This document shows, piece after piece, positions 26,922 to 41,164 of a stretch of DNA of 64,000 nucleotides; within the stretch, counting starts at the first letter, position 1, and each line of letters starts with the position of its first letter. This stretch comes from Bigelowiella natans CCMP2755 (taxonomy: Eukaryota; Protista; Cercozoa), in contig ADNK01001313.1 of assembly GCA_000320545.1 (NCBI GenBank), positions 1 to 64,000 on the forward strand. The letters are read 5' to 3'. A program made the position numbers and the translations under genes. The notes under the pieces are model-generated. The model had not been told where the DNA came from. It ran no database searches and worked only from the letters and a program-made list of their open reading frames with translations.

Positions 26922-28357
26922 GAAATCTGAGAGTTTGGAGGTAACAAGATATTGTTGACCTAGCTGCGAGATCTTCGGCTGAGAATACGAGCGACGTTTT
27001 CTCAGCGGTAAGTTGCTTTATGATAGACTATAGTGCAATGCGGAGTCGAGATGGAAATATTGTGAGGGAGGGGGGGGAGCATGATTAGGGTTTTATCATT
27101 CTGGTAAGCTGTGTGAGGATGTTACGCGTCCACCTTTGGAGAGCGGGAGGTGTCGAAGAACATCGCGTCGTTGTCCATGTAAAGATACCTGGAAGAGAGG
27201 AGGATCATGAATGACAAGATCAAGAAAAAGAACAAGAACAAGAACAGGAAAATTAAAAGAGGCTGCGATCTGTTAGGAACGAAGAATAAGTCGCGACTGC
27301 GGAGGCACATAGAAAATAGTGCGGTGAGATATTACGACAACTCTAACGACTACTACAATCACTTCTACTACTGCTTATATTGTTAGTCTTATACACTATA
27401 TAGCATGATTTTTAATGTACCAACCATTCTGAGTCCCCCCCCGTTGTGCTGTTAAACAGCGTCAGCAGACACATATACACCTTGATATCGGATGACGAGA
27501 AGAACGACGATAAACGCATAAAATTGTCAAAATTAATTACAGCTACAGTAGAAGAGTAATCTTTGAGAAAATCCTCTAATTCATCCTCCCGTCCCCTTCT
27601 CCTTCTCGTTGCCACCTGCCACTTTCCGGTGTTCATTGGCGGGCAAATCCGTTGTTCTCTGAAGAAAATATAAATATAATCTGCGTGTGTGGTGATGGTC
27701 ATTCTCTGCTCGTTTACTATGCACAATTCTCTTGTGACAAACTAGCACCACAAGTAATGTTGTTGTGACGGCCCCTTCTGAATCTTTGCTAAGTTGCAGT
27801 GAATTCGATGGATGGATACCTGTGGTAGATATCTCTGCTGTCGCCCCCCGCCCCCCCCCCTTCCTCCTCCTCCTTCTTCGTCTGTTCGCAGTTGCAGTGA
27901 ACATATCTTAAACCGTGCTTGATGGCGTACTCCTTCCGGTTATCAACCAGGACCTTTTCCATGATATTCAGCAGAAGATAGAACGGGGGGGAGGGGATAT
28001 CACAGTGAAGTAAAAGGCTCGTCGCTTGATCGAAGCAATTTATTTTCTTACCGATTCTTCGTCTCCTACACTGACGATTGTGAGTAAATGGTCCTTACGC
28101 GCGTCATCAAGCTCGTGACTATCCAGACTATTGTCCTTGCTGATCGAATCTGTCGCCACCTCGCTTGTGCCGGCCGCTACAAGTTCGTGCACACGAACCC
28201 GCCCCCATGCCAACGCATCTAAGCTTTGTTCTCCCTGCTCCTCATCCGTGACTACCACTCCGCGGGTGGACGAGGCCGTGGCAATAGTAATTGTCAAATA
28301 CGCCAATGCAGCGATCGTAAGGCCAACGAGCAACCGCCGAAGGGTTGGAGCGGCCAT
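24861..28357 (-). CDS. Type II membrane glycosyltransferase, GT34 (GMA12/MNN10)-like; multi-exon
   Basis: N-terminal signal anchor (RRLLVGLTIAALAYLTITIATA). Exons encode DNRKEYAIKHG, YLYMDNDAMF (DxD), AFNCGVFLAR and PWIMHFLG, in GT34 order. Confidence 0.7.
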
Positions 28358-29506
28358 GGCCCCGATCAGGGCGACGAAGTTAACAAAATAACCTCTATTT
28401 TTATATAACGACAACGTAAAATGCCCGCTTATTATTAGAATTATGCCCACCCGTCGCGCCGCACGCCGTTCAGCGATCCAAAAAGGCGACAATTTTGCAG
28501 GACCCACGATGCGCACACCTTGACCAGCTTCCACTTGTTCGTTTGGCAAGCGAAACATTGCGTGGTTTGCCACCATGGAATTCAAAGCAGGAAAATTGAC
28601 AAAGTGAACAAAGCAGATCGAAGCGGCAATGCTGTGAAGTGCGTGTTTGTGCGCGCGCGCGTCTAGGCGTGTGTGTGTGTGTGTGTGTGTGTGTTGCGCG
28701 TAAGGTGTTCACAGGCCGAGGCGCTACGTGCACAAGTAGGCAGGGGGGGGGAAAGGCACGTTTGCTTCCTTTTGAAGAGTTGTGTTTATTTTTATTAAAG
28801 ATTATATTTTTATTAAATCGTGCACTGCGTAATCATTCGCGAAGCTTTCGCGAATGCCGCCGCACGTGGGGCAGCACACTTCCGGTGTGCTGCCATGAGT
28901 CCCGCCGGAACCCACGTGCCTATGCTGTATTAATATCTACGTTATCTATATTCTATATCCGCGACAACCCCTTTGTTGTCGCACGTGACTTGTGCCCGCG
29001 TAGTGGTACGCGCTACATGTGCACGTGTGGCCGTGCTTCGCCGCGTTGCTCCATCGTCTAGTCATTGTTGCCATTCGAGTTCATGCAGTCACTCATCATC
29101 GCCAGATTGGATGTGGAACACTTCGCCTCGCAATTCTTGCCGGAACTGCTGGAAAACACCCACACTTTGCCACTGTTGGGTCAGGAACACTGCTAGACTG
29201 GAACAACACAACGCTTCGACGTGTTGCATGTTATGCCAAGCGTTGTGTGCCACCAGTGTGGTGATTGATCGCACGAGCTAAATCGCGCGGGAGCATGATG
29301 GAAGCATCAGTCACATCTAGACATCTACATTTGCCTCCTACATTCTTGCTTTGTGCGTGCTTTCCATTGCATCTAGCGGGAGCATCGACACGCGAGCACT
29401 AATAAAGACCGATGAAATTGAAGCAAATAGCACAAATCTTGTTCACAATGTTTTTTGGGAAAGGTCACAACATCAGAAAATGGATATTTCATCTCAGCTG
29501 CTTTCA

Positions 29507-31642
29507 CTATCTTCGTCGCCGATCTCTGCTGTCTCGTCGTCGATCCCGCTCTCTATCTCTGCTGTCCCTCTTCCGGCGATGATCGCGTCTACTATCACCG
29601 TCGTCGTCCCTGCGCCGTCCACCGCCCCCGCTTCTCCTCGTCATGCTCCGGAGCCACTCCGGAACTCGCTTATTGGCTTTTCTCAAATAGGATGCTATTT
29701 TTGACGCCAGGTGGCCACCGTTTCCTCTCGGGTGAAAATATGTTGTTGCAGTTCCCTTCTTCCCAGCGCGCCCCGTGCGTCCGATCTTATGTGTGTACTC
29801 GTCCATGTCACGGGCCATGTCATACTGCACGACGTGGGTTATCCCATTGATGTCGAGCCCTCTTGCAGCTACTCCCGTCGCCACTAGTACCCTGACCTTT
29901 TTCTTCTTGAACATCCGCATCGCCTCCTCGCGCTCATACTGCTCGTGGTGCCCATGAAGAGAAACGGCCGTCTCACCGCTGGCGATCAAAAAGTCGCGAA
30001 TCTTATCCGCGGATTGCCGACGCTGCACGAACACAATGGTCATCCCGTCGATTGTCTTCAAGTCTTTGAGCAGCTCCGCCTCCTTCTGATGCTCTTCGAG
30101 CAGTTTCACTACCTGGTCTATGTTTTCCACGGTGGAACCGACATGGCCTACAACAAGTCGGTTGAACCGCCGCAGGTAGTCGTCTGCCATCCTCCGAATC
30201 TGTGGGGGGCGGGGGGACGATGAGGGAGGTATTTGATTCGGATTGTTCTCTTGATCACCAACTCTAATGCCGAGACTTACTACCTTTACTGCTACTGCTA
30301 CTGCTACTATTACAACAACAGTAATAATGATAATAATTATGATGATAATCAATTATAATAGCACCTAATATGAAAAGTAGAAATAGTACCTTTGCAGGGT
30401 AGGTGGCGCTGAACATGGAGGTCTGCCGTGATGTTTTGTCAGGAAGGTCCAGTTGAGTCACGATCTGTTTCACCGCCTTCTCAAATCCCATATCCATCAT
30501 CTTATCTGCCTCGTCGAAGACGAAGAAGCGAACGAACTCGAGGGTCACAACGCCATCCTTAAAAAGGTCCAGGAGACGGCCTGGGGTGGATGCGAGAATG
30601 TCAGTCTGCCTATCTTGCAAGGCGCCCTTCTGCTCGGAGTAGTTATTCCCACCGAACGCCGCGAAAGAATTCAACTCGGTATTGGGGAGAAGCTTCCCGC
30701 ACTCCTTCTCGATTTGGATTACAAGTTCTCTGGTGGGGCCAAGGATGAGGGCAAGCGGGCCGGCTTTCGCAAACTTGCCTTTGAAGAAAGGGCGGTAGAA
30801 GCTACCATCTTTCACTAGCCGTCCAACAATAGGGATGAGAAACGCCAACGTTTTTCCGGAGCCAGTTTGTGCGGATGCCATGATGTCCTCTCCTCCAAAT
30901 ACTATAGGTATCGCGTAGGATTGCACTGGAGTGGGGCGGGAGAGATTGTTCTTTTTCAAATTCTCGATAACTTTGGCCGGGATTTTACCGCCCTCCCAGT
31001 CCTTCACGGGAGCAAGCTTCCTATTCGGTCCAGAGACCCTAACAGGCATTTTTTCATATTCTTCAAAGTTGAATCCTTGGTTACCTCCTTCTTCTTCTTC
31101 CCCGCTGCTTTCTCTGGCTTTCTGTGCATCGCCTTCATTGCCTGGACCCTGGGAACTGCTGGTGGCTTCCGAATTCTTTTTCTTCTTTTCGTCTCCTTCT
31201 TCGTCCGAGCTAACAATTCCTCCTAATAGTTGTGCGTGTATTCTCCTAGCCTCTGCGCTGTCAGGTGAGCCACTAGGTGACCTCCTCCTTCTTTTAAAAG
31301 ACCGAGATCGGCTCCTGCTGCGGCTTCTACTTCCGCTTCTACTTCGAGCAAAGGATGACTTGAAGCCTCTATTCTTGCTATCTTGTCTGTTCGAGTTCCT
31401 ACTTTGTCCCCCCGCCCATCTTTCAGGAGCTGCAGTTGGTTGTCTGCCCGAGTTTCTACTACTTTGGCCACCCGCCCATCTTTCAGGCGGTGCAATTTGT
31501 TGTCTGTAACTTTGTCTCCCCGACCATCTTTCAGGAGCTGCAGTTGGTTGCTGGGACTGCTGAACAAATCACAACAGCCCGGACAACCGACGATCAGCAC
31601 GCACACGTACCACACGCACTCACACGTACCACACGCACACAT

Positions 31643-31684
<42 letters not shown>

Positions 31685-31978
31685 GCACTCAAATTGAATT
31701 GTGCTAGACCAGAATTAAAGGGAAGACAGTAGCTATTTATTCGAAATATGCTCTTAATTACGCACGAAGGCAGCTGCTTCCATTACACCACCACCAACAA
31801 CACTCACCCTGTTCCATCCCCGCTGCCGGCCTCTTCCATACGTTGGAGGTCCATTTCTGTCATACATTGATGGTCCACCTTGTCCGTGTAATGGTGGCCC
31901 ATTTCTCCCTCCCCTTTCGTGGTTGTGATTATAAGGGGGGCGATGATGTTGAGAGGGGCGGGGAGCTCCACGACGCAT
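29507..31978 (-). CDS. DEAD-box RNA helicase (Ded1/DDX3/Vasa-like) with RG/RS-rich termini; at least 3 exons
   Basis: Q motif PTPVQ, AQTGSGKT, PTREL, TPGRLLD, DEAD, SAT, ARGLDI, YTHKIGRTGRAG. The C-tail is Arg/Asp/Ser-rich. Confidence 0.92.
31400..31550 (-). repeat. Three imperfect ~50-60 bp coding tandem repeats in the helicase N-terminal region
   Basis: The unit actttg..cccgcccatctttcaggagctgcagttggttg recurs at ~31401, ~31461 and ~31510. It encodes Q(P)TAAPERWAGGQS-like peptides. Confidence 0.8.
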
Positions 31979-33147
31979 TGTCGACCAGTTGGGCGGAATG
32001 AATCTTGATGCATATGTGATTGTCGTCTACCGAAATCTCTATTGGTTTTAACTCTTTGTAAACACCTTTGAAAATGATAGCTTTTGCGATGTCGCTCTAT
32101 CAGATTCGATGCAAAACATTGCTGAACAAGTTTGAGGCGAAGATGAACTGTGAAGAATTTCCCTGTTGCGCATTTCATCTAAATTCCTAAGATTTCAATG
32201 GATTTCCAAATGTTTCGTTCCTTCTTGACTACATGTACCTTTAAAAAAAGCTTGTTCATAAAATCTTTTGATCTTTGCTCGTGTTAACACGCTTAAGGGG
32301 CACCTTTAATCGGAGTTGGAGCTTTTCTCTTTTGGGGTAACGGTCGAGATGTGTCACCCTGTTTGGGTACTAAATTGTGATTGTTTCATTGCTAAAATTA
32401 CCTAAATTCAAGGCAAGCGAACAAGAAGTACCGGGTCTAAAATTCTTCTCGTATACCAACTCTGTAGAGTACCCATCGCAGACCGAATGCCGACGTGGAA
32501 AAATGGAAGACGTACATGCATGTTTTTGTGAAAAATCAGAACATTTGGACGTATTCAGGGAATTTTCGGTGCTGAAGATGATGAGGATTTGAAAAAGGAA
32601 TACACCTATGTGACTGTTGGTAGCCAAATTGGCGCGAAAATAGCCATCTTTTTGAAGTGTTTCCATGAGATTTTAAGGTCTAGACATCGTTCCAAAGATG
32701 GTCCGGAGCTTCGATGCAACTGCGCAGATCCAGAGATTTTGACAAAATGAAGCACAATTGAGGGTAAATTTCACTCAAGAATATGTCGTAATTTGATAAT
32801 GACTACGTTTGCAACGAGCACAAATCCGAATGATTCTGAAATTCTTGGAAACTCTTGTAATTATCTCTGCACATCCTGAACCGCCTACCTGCTTTTACTT
32901 CAAACAAACCTGACCTGGACTTGCCCATTGACTTTTGAGAGATAAATTGAATCTATCCCTTTGTAGATTAATCTGTCAATGACCTTGCTCGGTAATCCAG
33001 TTAGTATTTGAGAGTGGGCAGTTGAGAGGGGGGGCATAGCTCCATCCTTGGGCACGATCTTAAACCTAGCTTGATCTGTGAGGATCTGTAATCTGTGTAA
33101 ATTCCACATTGGTTATGATAATTGGATGTACGATTGACATAGGCACA

Positions 33148-35051
33148 ATGGCCACGTCGGAAAATGGGCCAAGTTTGTTCATGAATCAACCCAAATTCTC
33201 GGGGGCTATTGAATGCATTGTGAAAGCGGCGCACCACGAGTAAGCAACTAGAATTTACATTTCCGAATGATTTTCAGTCTTTTTCAGTCAATTTTTAGTC
33301 ATTTTTTAATTTCTTACAGATGCTTAATGGCGAAGTTGGGGTTTTCCACCGCACGCATAGATTATAAAATGGATCCAAAGGCCTCAATCGTCGGCCATGT
33401 CTGCATGGCGATTGTCGATCCGCATCATTCCGGATGTCGGGACAGCCTTGCGGTCCTAGCTTTCTTCGGAAACAACACTTCAGGCGAAATTATGATGGCT
33501 GATGGATCTGAATTTCCATATTCGTGTCTTGGCAAAGCGGATCTGACTGTAGTCAGGATTTTGCGGAAGGCTCTTCCAAAACTGGGTGAGAATCTACGAA
33601 TTATGCGCATGCGGGTTGTGGAGGATATTCAAGCAGCTAGTGGACGACGATCGTCGAAATCAAGTTCTCGGAGTACATCTACAAACAATTCCCCAATTAG
33701 GGACTCCAAAGATTCGGAGAAAAAAAGCTTCGCCAACACCTCGAAATCTTTGTTTCACAATTCCATGTCTATCGCGCATGCGACTCCCGCTCCGTCCAAC
33801 TCTTTCCCGCCTCCATCAAAGGATGTTCAATTTAGAATAAGTCGAACCCGACCTATAATCAGCCCTATTGTCATCAACACGGGTGACTCGACTTTGCCCA
33901 GCTCAACTTTACCCGGGTGTGCTGGGCTACAGCCCGAAATGCCGCGTTCCGGAAGGGAGAAACAGCTGAGACGCACCAGCCCGCAACCCAAATCGAAAGC
34001 CGCCCCCTTCCCCTCGACAATTGCAAATGGAAAGTCCGTTAATGCATCCCATCGGAGACAACCGCCGCCTAATCAGTTTAAGTGCTCAGTGTTTGTCAGC
34101 CACATCGCCTCCGGTGCATCCTGGCACGATATCCAGTCAGCCTTCTCCGCGCAGGTTGCCCCTACTCTGCGAGTGTACATGAAGCCCGGCTGCAGTTGGG
34201 CCCATGTTTATTTCTATGATCTGGATGGAGTCGAGAAGGCCATCGAGGCCGCTGCAGCAGGTATGATCAAGATTTGCGGTCGCCCTGCACGCGTTCGCCG
34301 CCGCACCCGGAAGAAGAAAGTGAAACGCAATCAAGGGGAGCACCCAATGCGTGAAGAATCTCCCCCTACTCTCTCTCGCAGCACAGGAATCCCTGGGACA
34401 AATAGTAGGGGCGGTTATCAATTAAACAGTCAAGAGTGTGCACCAAATGACAACTTCTACTCTCGTGGCGGGCTGTCGAAACCCCATATTTCTTCTCCTC
34501 CCAGCAGCTTCCAGCGTGGCCAATCAACTTCCCCTCCATGCCGTGAAAGAAGGCTCAAGCAAGACCGAATACGCCAACCTCTATCTTGCCACGGTAATAA
34601 TACTAGTGAGTACCGAAGCGACGGAAGACGGCAGCATTATTGTACTAACGAGTCCCGTATTGGATCCTCATCTTTGTTCATGAGGAATCCAGCCGCATTA
34701 CAATCACCACCGCTGTTCTCAACATCTGGATATTTTCCAAACGATCAGCAGCAGCAGCTGCTGCTGCATAGAAACAAGAAGAACGACAACCATACCCACC
34801 CGCTGCTGCAGCAGAAACCGCAGCGGCAAACGCAGCATATTGAGCTCTTACCCGCTTCGTCCAGAAGGAATTATTCGTCAATGGACCGTCTGACTTCTGG
34901 ACTCGAGAGCATCCGACTCATGCAACCAGGAGTTGAAAACTCCTCTTCCATGACAAGCAGCCTTCGCTGTAATATTGCAGATTTTCTCCCTCCCAACGAC
35001 CTACATCATAAATCAGACATGTTGAATACAAACCGAGATGGGAGAAGGTAG
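33148..35051 (+). CDS. RRM-domain protein with unidentified N-terminal domain and long low-complexity regions; further 5' exons possible (32600-33090)
   Basis: Long ORF 33267-35051 containing SVFVSHI (RNP2-like)...CSWAHVYFYDLDGVEKAI (RNP1-like)...IKICGRPARV, flanked by S/P/Q-rich sequence. Confidence 0.75.
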
Positions 35052-37049
35052 ATGCTTGGAGAGAACCTCATATTTCTCTTCTATCTTTTCAACGCACAGC
35101 AGTTGACAAGACGGTTCATGGACCGCCCCTATGATACATTAAAACACCAAAAAACTAAGCCAACTTGTCTTTATTTAAACGCTGATAATCCTATCCGTTT
35201 GGTTATGGTTTTCTCTTCTATCTAATCTAATGGCGATTGCTAAAGAACATTATCGCTCCCTCTTTGCATTTCTATCCCGAGGAGTTATCGCAATCACTTT
35301 ATTATTAATAAAAATACACAGCTTCCCTTACTCTTCCACCCCCCCCTTCGTTCTGTCGTCGTGGAATGTCAACCAGGAACTCGAAAACCATTCCGATTAA
35401 CTGAGATTATGAACCGGGGATTTTTCCGTTTCGATTTATCTTTCAGATGTTCGTGACTACCGCATCCCAGTTATTTCAACAAATCATTAATCCATTTAAA
35501 ATACGTCTATGGGCACCAGTAGATAGAGAAGAAGCCTTCTGGTGGCGATATTCTAAATACACACCACTTCAAAATTCGTCACAGCTCCAAGCAAAGTAAG
35601 AAAATTGTTGAGAGTTTTCCACCTCAAGAGTTCTCAAATTTTATACTTGTAAATATTTATCGATTTCAATTTCTTTATCTGTTTCATTTGGAGGTGACAT
35701 GTTGCAGCAAGTTGCAGTCTATCGTAGTGATTCCGTAATACTTTACGATTACCCTTAGTATTATCATCAGCTGTTAATCATATTTCTACGCCCGTATGCG
35801 TGTATGTGGCGATTGTCAAATAAATCATCTTAAAATAGTGTAATGCATGTTCTAGATTAATGTTAAATTTTGCATTAGTTGTATGTTCAACTATGTGTGT
35901 TCTTTAATGGAACGTAAAATTTCAAGAATAAGTCTTTCTCTATATGTCTTGAAGAATGTTAGCCTTCACTGTGTAAAATGTAGCAATGCAGTATTTGCCA
36001 TATGTCACTCTTCATTATGCACATATCTAGATGATTATCGTGTGTGTGCAACAGCACTCCGATGCGTTCTAGGGTTGCTACATCTGCGCCTGACAACGTG
36101 TGTGTAGCGCTAGCCGCCAGCAGACAACGGTGTGAAATGCATCGCATCGATCGCGATGTGCACATACATGACTAGATCTTGTAGAGATGAATGTGCATGT
36201 TGCGATCTGCATCGCATGCCATACGATGTAGTACGATGGCTATCTACACATGCTACCTATGTGTACGCATGACAGTGCGTACTGCGATCGATTAAATCGA
36301 CATCGATGTATGCTGCCGACCGGTCTGCTGCTATAGCGGTGCATTGCCATCGATCCTCACGCCACAATGCGACATGTGTGCATGTGTTGTGCGATGCAAC
36401 AATAGTTGCATGATGAATTAACAAAACTCATGTGATTGATCCTTGTTCATTGTGGTCTGTCGTCACACGACTGCTAGACTGTGCATCGTAGTCACATGAA
36501 CTTTGCTGTGTAGTTTGTTGTTTGTGTGGCATCCATACTAGCATAGCAAGTAGTAGCTATTCGATTCTGCGTACGTGCTATGCATGTGTGTAGACCTAGC
36601 TAGCTAGTTAGCAGCAGCATGCGCGCAATTGTAATTTTCTAGGTTAGCACGTTACGCACATGCGTGTGTTGCTGCACGCATGTGTATGAATAGCGTGCGT
36701 CCAGACGCAACGACACCGCCATCTAGCCATGTCTAGCTATAAAGCTATTTAGAAGATCGACGGCGGAGGTGGCACATGAGTGTTATGAACAATTATTCTC
36801 ATTCCCATGTATGTTCCCTTGTACCACCACCGACGTGCAGAGCAGTAGATTGCACAAGTGTACGAGGGCACACAGCACAACCATGAATGTGCAACCTGCA
36901 TGCTGACCGTAGCTAGGTAACGACACTGATCATCATGTGTGTATGTACGCATCAGTGGTACAAGAAAACAACCTGCGTACATCATGCGTGGTCATTGTCA
37001 CAGTCTAGGCTGAGAGCATGTGCTTTACGTGGCTTGCCATTGTATTGCC

Positions 37050-37865
37050 AACTAGGTAGATGGAAAAGCGAGTATCTCGAGTTCCCTGCTATCTTTTGTT
37101 CGCAGAGGCCTTACCTATCCAATCCCCAGCCTGATAGTACTTCACCTACAAATTTGACGATTTGTGATCCTAGAGACGCAAAGAGATATGATTGTTAAAA
37201 TACCTTCGAGAGCTTGAACACGGTGAAAAAAGTTATCAAGTAGAACAAAATGCAACCTAATTCCAGGATAATACTGATGCGTGTCTAATGATAAAACGTC
37301 ACACTAAGTTTTACCAAGATAATCAAAGTAAAATAGAGTCTGGAATCCTCCATAATCCCAAAGGCTGGCTTGTTTGTATCCTTCCGAGAGCAATGACTGG
37401 TAATTGTAACCGTGTAAAACATATGTAAATACTCAAGATTTATTTATTTATGAGTTACCCCTCTGGCTAGTGCCATGGCAAAGGAGAGTAAGGTTGACAC
37501 AGGAAAGGTGAATGCTAGAGGAGTCATCTTTTTACAAAGAATCCCCACGAGTCCAAATCGGAAGGGAACGGTATCCCAAACCAGGACAAAGATTGATATC
37601 AGTATTAATATTCGAATGATTGCCAATACCCTAACGACGTAATAAATAGATGAAATTATAATTAAGAACAATTTGGAGCATACTACACAGAAATCATATC
37701 ACAGTTGAATTAAGGCATACAGTGCACTGCTTTTAATATCGATAAGTACCCAAGGTATGTGTAAGCTTCAGCTGAAGTCTTCGCGTGGTTTAGCATAGCA
37801 TGGAACGCGACGTCGAGAAAAATTAGACCCAATATTGCAGTCGTTTTTTTGCCATACTCAATCAT
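37050..37865 (-). CDS. TMEM138: TMEM138-like ciliary membrane protein; multi-exon, 3' end approximate
   Basis: MIEYGKKTTAILGLIFLDVAFHAML..., IFVLVWDTVPFRFGLVGILCKKM (compare TMEM138 [22 protein letters not shown], from memory), SLWDYGGFQTLFYFDYL, CILFYLITFFTVFKL. Confidence 0.65.
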
Positions 37866-38682
37866 AGACTACGATTGAGTTGCACCTTGAGTCAGGAATG
37901 GAACCTTGACTCCGCAACTAATATCCTCTTCAAAAGAGCGTTTGTTTCACCGACGTGGGGTCTTTCTGCAAAGAGTGAAGTACTTTCCTGGCAGTTTCGG
38001 TCCAATTATAGACAGATAGACAGATAATTTGGAATAAAGGAGGAGTGGGTCAAGTAGGGGAGAGGAACCCGATCTAAGGATCCATTCGGCAAGCAAATGA
38101 TGGAGGGCGAAACCGAATCATCCACTCCTGTGAAAACGCAGAAGTAATCAGTATCAAGATAGCTGGGTCAAGATATCTGCGGGCGGAGGATCGAATGGAA
38201 TAAGCTGTTAGTTGTATGTGAGTCGCATTGACGATAGAATTTCTATAGAAAGAGCGTATCCTTGGGGGGACGGAACCTCTTTGAGAGAGTTGCTTGGCTT
38301 TCTTCTTCCAATAACTATTCAGCCACACACGAAATCGGGAAAAACCAGCGTATAGGAGGAACACAGGGGATTATTATTGTTTTTTGGATGTATTCTTGTC
38401 GCAACATTGTAATTGCGATAGGGAGATTTTTTTTACGGGTAAACAGATCAGCGAAAGACGATCATCGCGATAGAGGTGAGGCAAGGCTGCCCGACGCACA
38501 AACTAATTCTCCGACCCGCATTCCTTTTTAGGAACGCCCATTTCAAAATTTTCCTTCCTTTGCCTCTCGCACTGGAAGAACCTAACCACTTTCTGATAGA
38601 AGGAAACTGCTTGGAGAAGTATTTGCTTCCTTTCTATTTTCCGGGTAACTCAAAGTTTCATTGACCCCCCCCTTCACCAGCC

Positions 38683-41122
38683 ATGTCCGAAAGTAAATCG
38701 CCCGGATACAAGCATGTGGCGTACTCGGAGATAGCAGCGGAGGATGGACGAGTGGAACTCGAGAAGGTTTGCAAGAGTGAAGTAGAAGTAAATCGATACT
38801 CCTGTTTTGGTGTATCCGTCGTGTATGTTAAAATTCTGAAGTAAGTATCTTCCCTGGCTGACCGTGTCTGTGTTTGGTTTTACAGCGAAATATTCTAAAC
38901 CTTCTCTGCGTTCCAAATTTTACAGGAAAATATAGTGAGACCGGCCCTCTACTCGATATTAGCCGGATTAGGGGCATTTATGTTTGGGTATACGCTTGGA
39001 TTTACAAGCCCTGCTCTCCCTGCGATGTACGGTAATAATGCGGATTGAGGAGGAATTGGAGAATAAATGAACGGCCAGATTTTTTTGCCAAATGCCGCGT
39101 GAAAGAACGGGAAAAAATGGAATTCGGAATAAAAAGTTCCGCGTTTATTCCTCCCTCCCTAATTGCCTATTCATCGATTATCTATGCTGTAATTGAAATA
39201 GCATGCATATTATCATCAGGCCAAAACTCTGCACAAGTATTCACTGTGACAGACTGCAACGATAGCAATATCAGCTCCCAAACGGGCTCTCTTTTCAGGT
39301 AGCAGCAAGTAGTGAGTGGGGAGGTAGCATCACAACCAAGCACTTTCAGCCTCTTAGACCCATCTCATCTCTGGCGGATCCGATCGTGATGATGCTCACA
39401 AACTTTACCAATTCTTCTTTCTCTATTATTGACTTTGCCTATTGATTTGTACGCTTATTAGTTCCATTGTCAACATCGGGGCTGTTTTTGGAGCCATGGT
39501 AATATGAGCGTCGGTCGGTCAGTTAAACCGCCGCCCCTATCAAACATCCTTCACTGTACATAGTATCATCAGCTTGAAGTCGCATGCCATGGAAAAATAC
39601 ATCTATTTAGATCTTCTTCCTTCGTGTCTTCCTTCCTGAAACCAATACAATATACACAGGTTGCAGGTCGGCTTGCTGATTATATTGGGAGAAAATTTGC
39701 GTTGGCTTCAGCTGCAATACCGCTAGTCGCAGGGTATCCCAACAACAACAACAGCAACAACCAACTTTCCCAAGTTGTCGAATATTTGCAAATACAATGC
39801 ATCATTCACACGAACAGTATATTTTCCTACCACTTTTATCGTCGTCGTTGTCATCATTGCCATCCATCTTAAGGTGGGTGTGGCTTGCGATGGTACGGGA
39901 TCCAACACAGGCGATCTTATCGAGAGCCATGGCAGGTTAGCGTACATTCACGACCGTGCATATCAGTATCACCCCAAATCATTGGCTACAACATAAATGT
40001 AGGCGTTGGCGTTGGCATGTGCAGCTCCTTGACCCCGATGTACATTTCGGAGGTAGTAGCAATACGGAATCATCGTCGTCGTCGCCGTCACTATTTTCAT
40101 TGCTATCATCTATCCTGTGCGGACAAAAGGGGGGGGGGGGGGGGATAAATAATCGATGACGTAGTCGTTCATATGGAAGAAAAAGGATTGTTTAGCTCAG
40201 CACCTCCCTCCATCCCCCCCCCCCCGTATTCTTCATTTTCCCATCATTTTGTGTATCGGTGAGTAGATCGCGCCCACAGCTTACAGAGGCGCGTTGGGAG
40301 CTCTCAATCAGCTACTAATTACGGTTGGTGATTGTTGTCCGGAAGAGAAGAAAGAGGGAGGGGGGGGGATGGATAAAAAATCGAAAATAAAGGAACTTCA
40401 AGAAGCAAAGAGTCAGATAAGAGAGCAGAATGGTGGAGTGGAAGGGGAGGAATTCTGTTCATGCAAGATATATATAACACATAAACCTGCGTTTGATGAG
40501 ACGAGAATTCATCGTCATCACTGAATGAGCATGCTTACTCGTAGATCGGAATCTTTGGCGTGTATTTTATCGGCTACTTACTGCCACACGAAGATACGAC
40601 ATACAACAGCTGCCCAAATGCAACCACCAGCACGATCAGGTACTATTCTTCTCCTTCTCCGCCTCCGCCCCCTTCATAGCTTTGTTTTCTTATTCATAAG
40701 ATCAAGTTCTACCATCTATAATTCTCGATGAATCCTCTCCGTCCACACCCTCTTTCTCACCTCCATATGTGTTTGTGTGTTTTGTTTCTTTTCTTCCCTC
40801 TCCTATCTGTCATTCAATAGCACACATTGGCCAACTTTGGCTTGGATCGGAGCAGCGCTGTCGTCCCTTCTCTTCTTTGTACGTAATCAACAGGAGATTA
40901 ATGATGATGGCGATGATGATGATAATCTCTGTGCGTCGGTGCCTTCTCCCACAGCTTCCTTCCCATTATAACGTCCTTATCTATTCATTGATTTATTATT
41001 ATTTTTATTTTTATCATCATCATTATTCTCTATCTGTCCGTCAGGTGGCTAACCTCCTTCCTGAGACACCGGTGTATCTCCTCAAGATCGGCCAAACCCA
41101 GCGTGCTTGCACAGTCATGAAG

Positions 41123-41164
<42 letters not shown>

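Noticed and set aside
246-28357. Biosynthetic gene cluster around the FAAL synthetase (DAK, cupin, lipoate ligase, GT34)
   Set aside because: The neighbours are housekeeping-type genes with a different intron style, and nothing in the sequence links them to the synthetase.
31400-31550. Repeat-spacer-like pattern (CRISPR-like)
   Set aside because: These are coding tandem repeats within a eukaryotic helicase exon, with no unique spacers and no cas genes.
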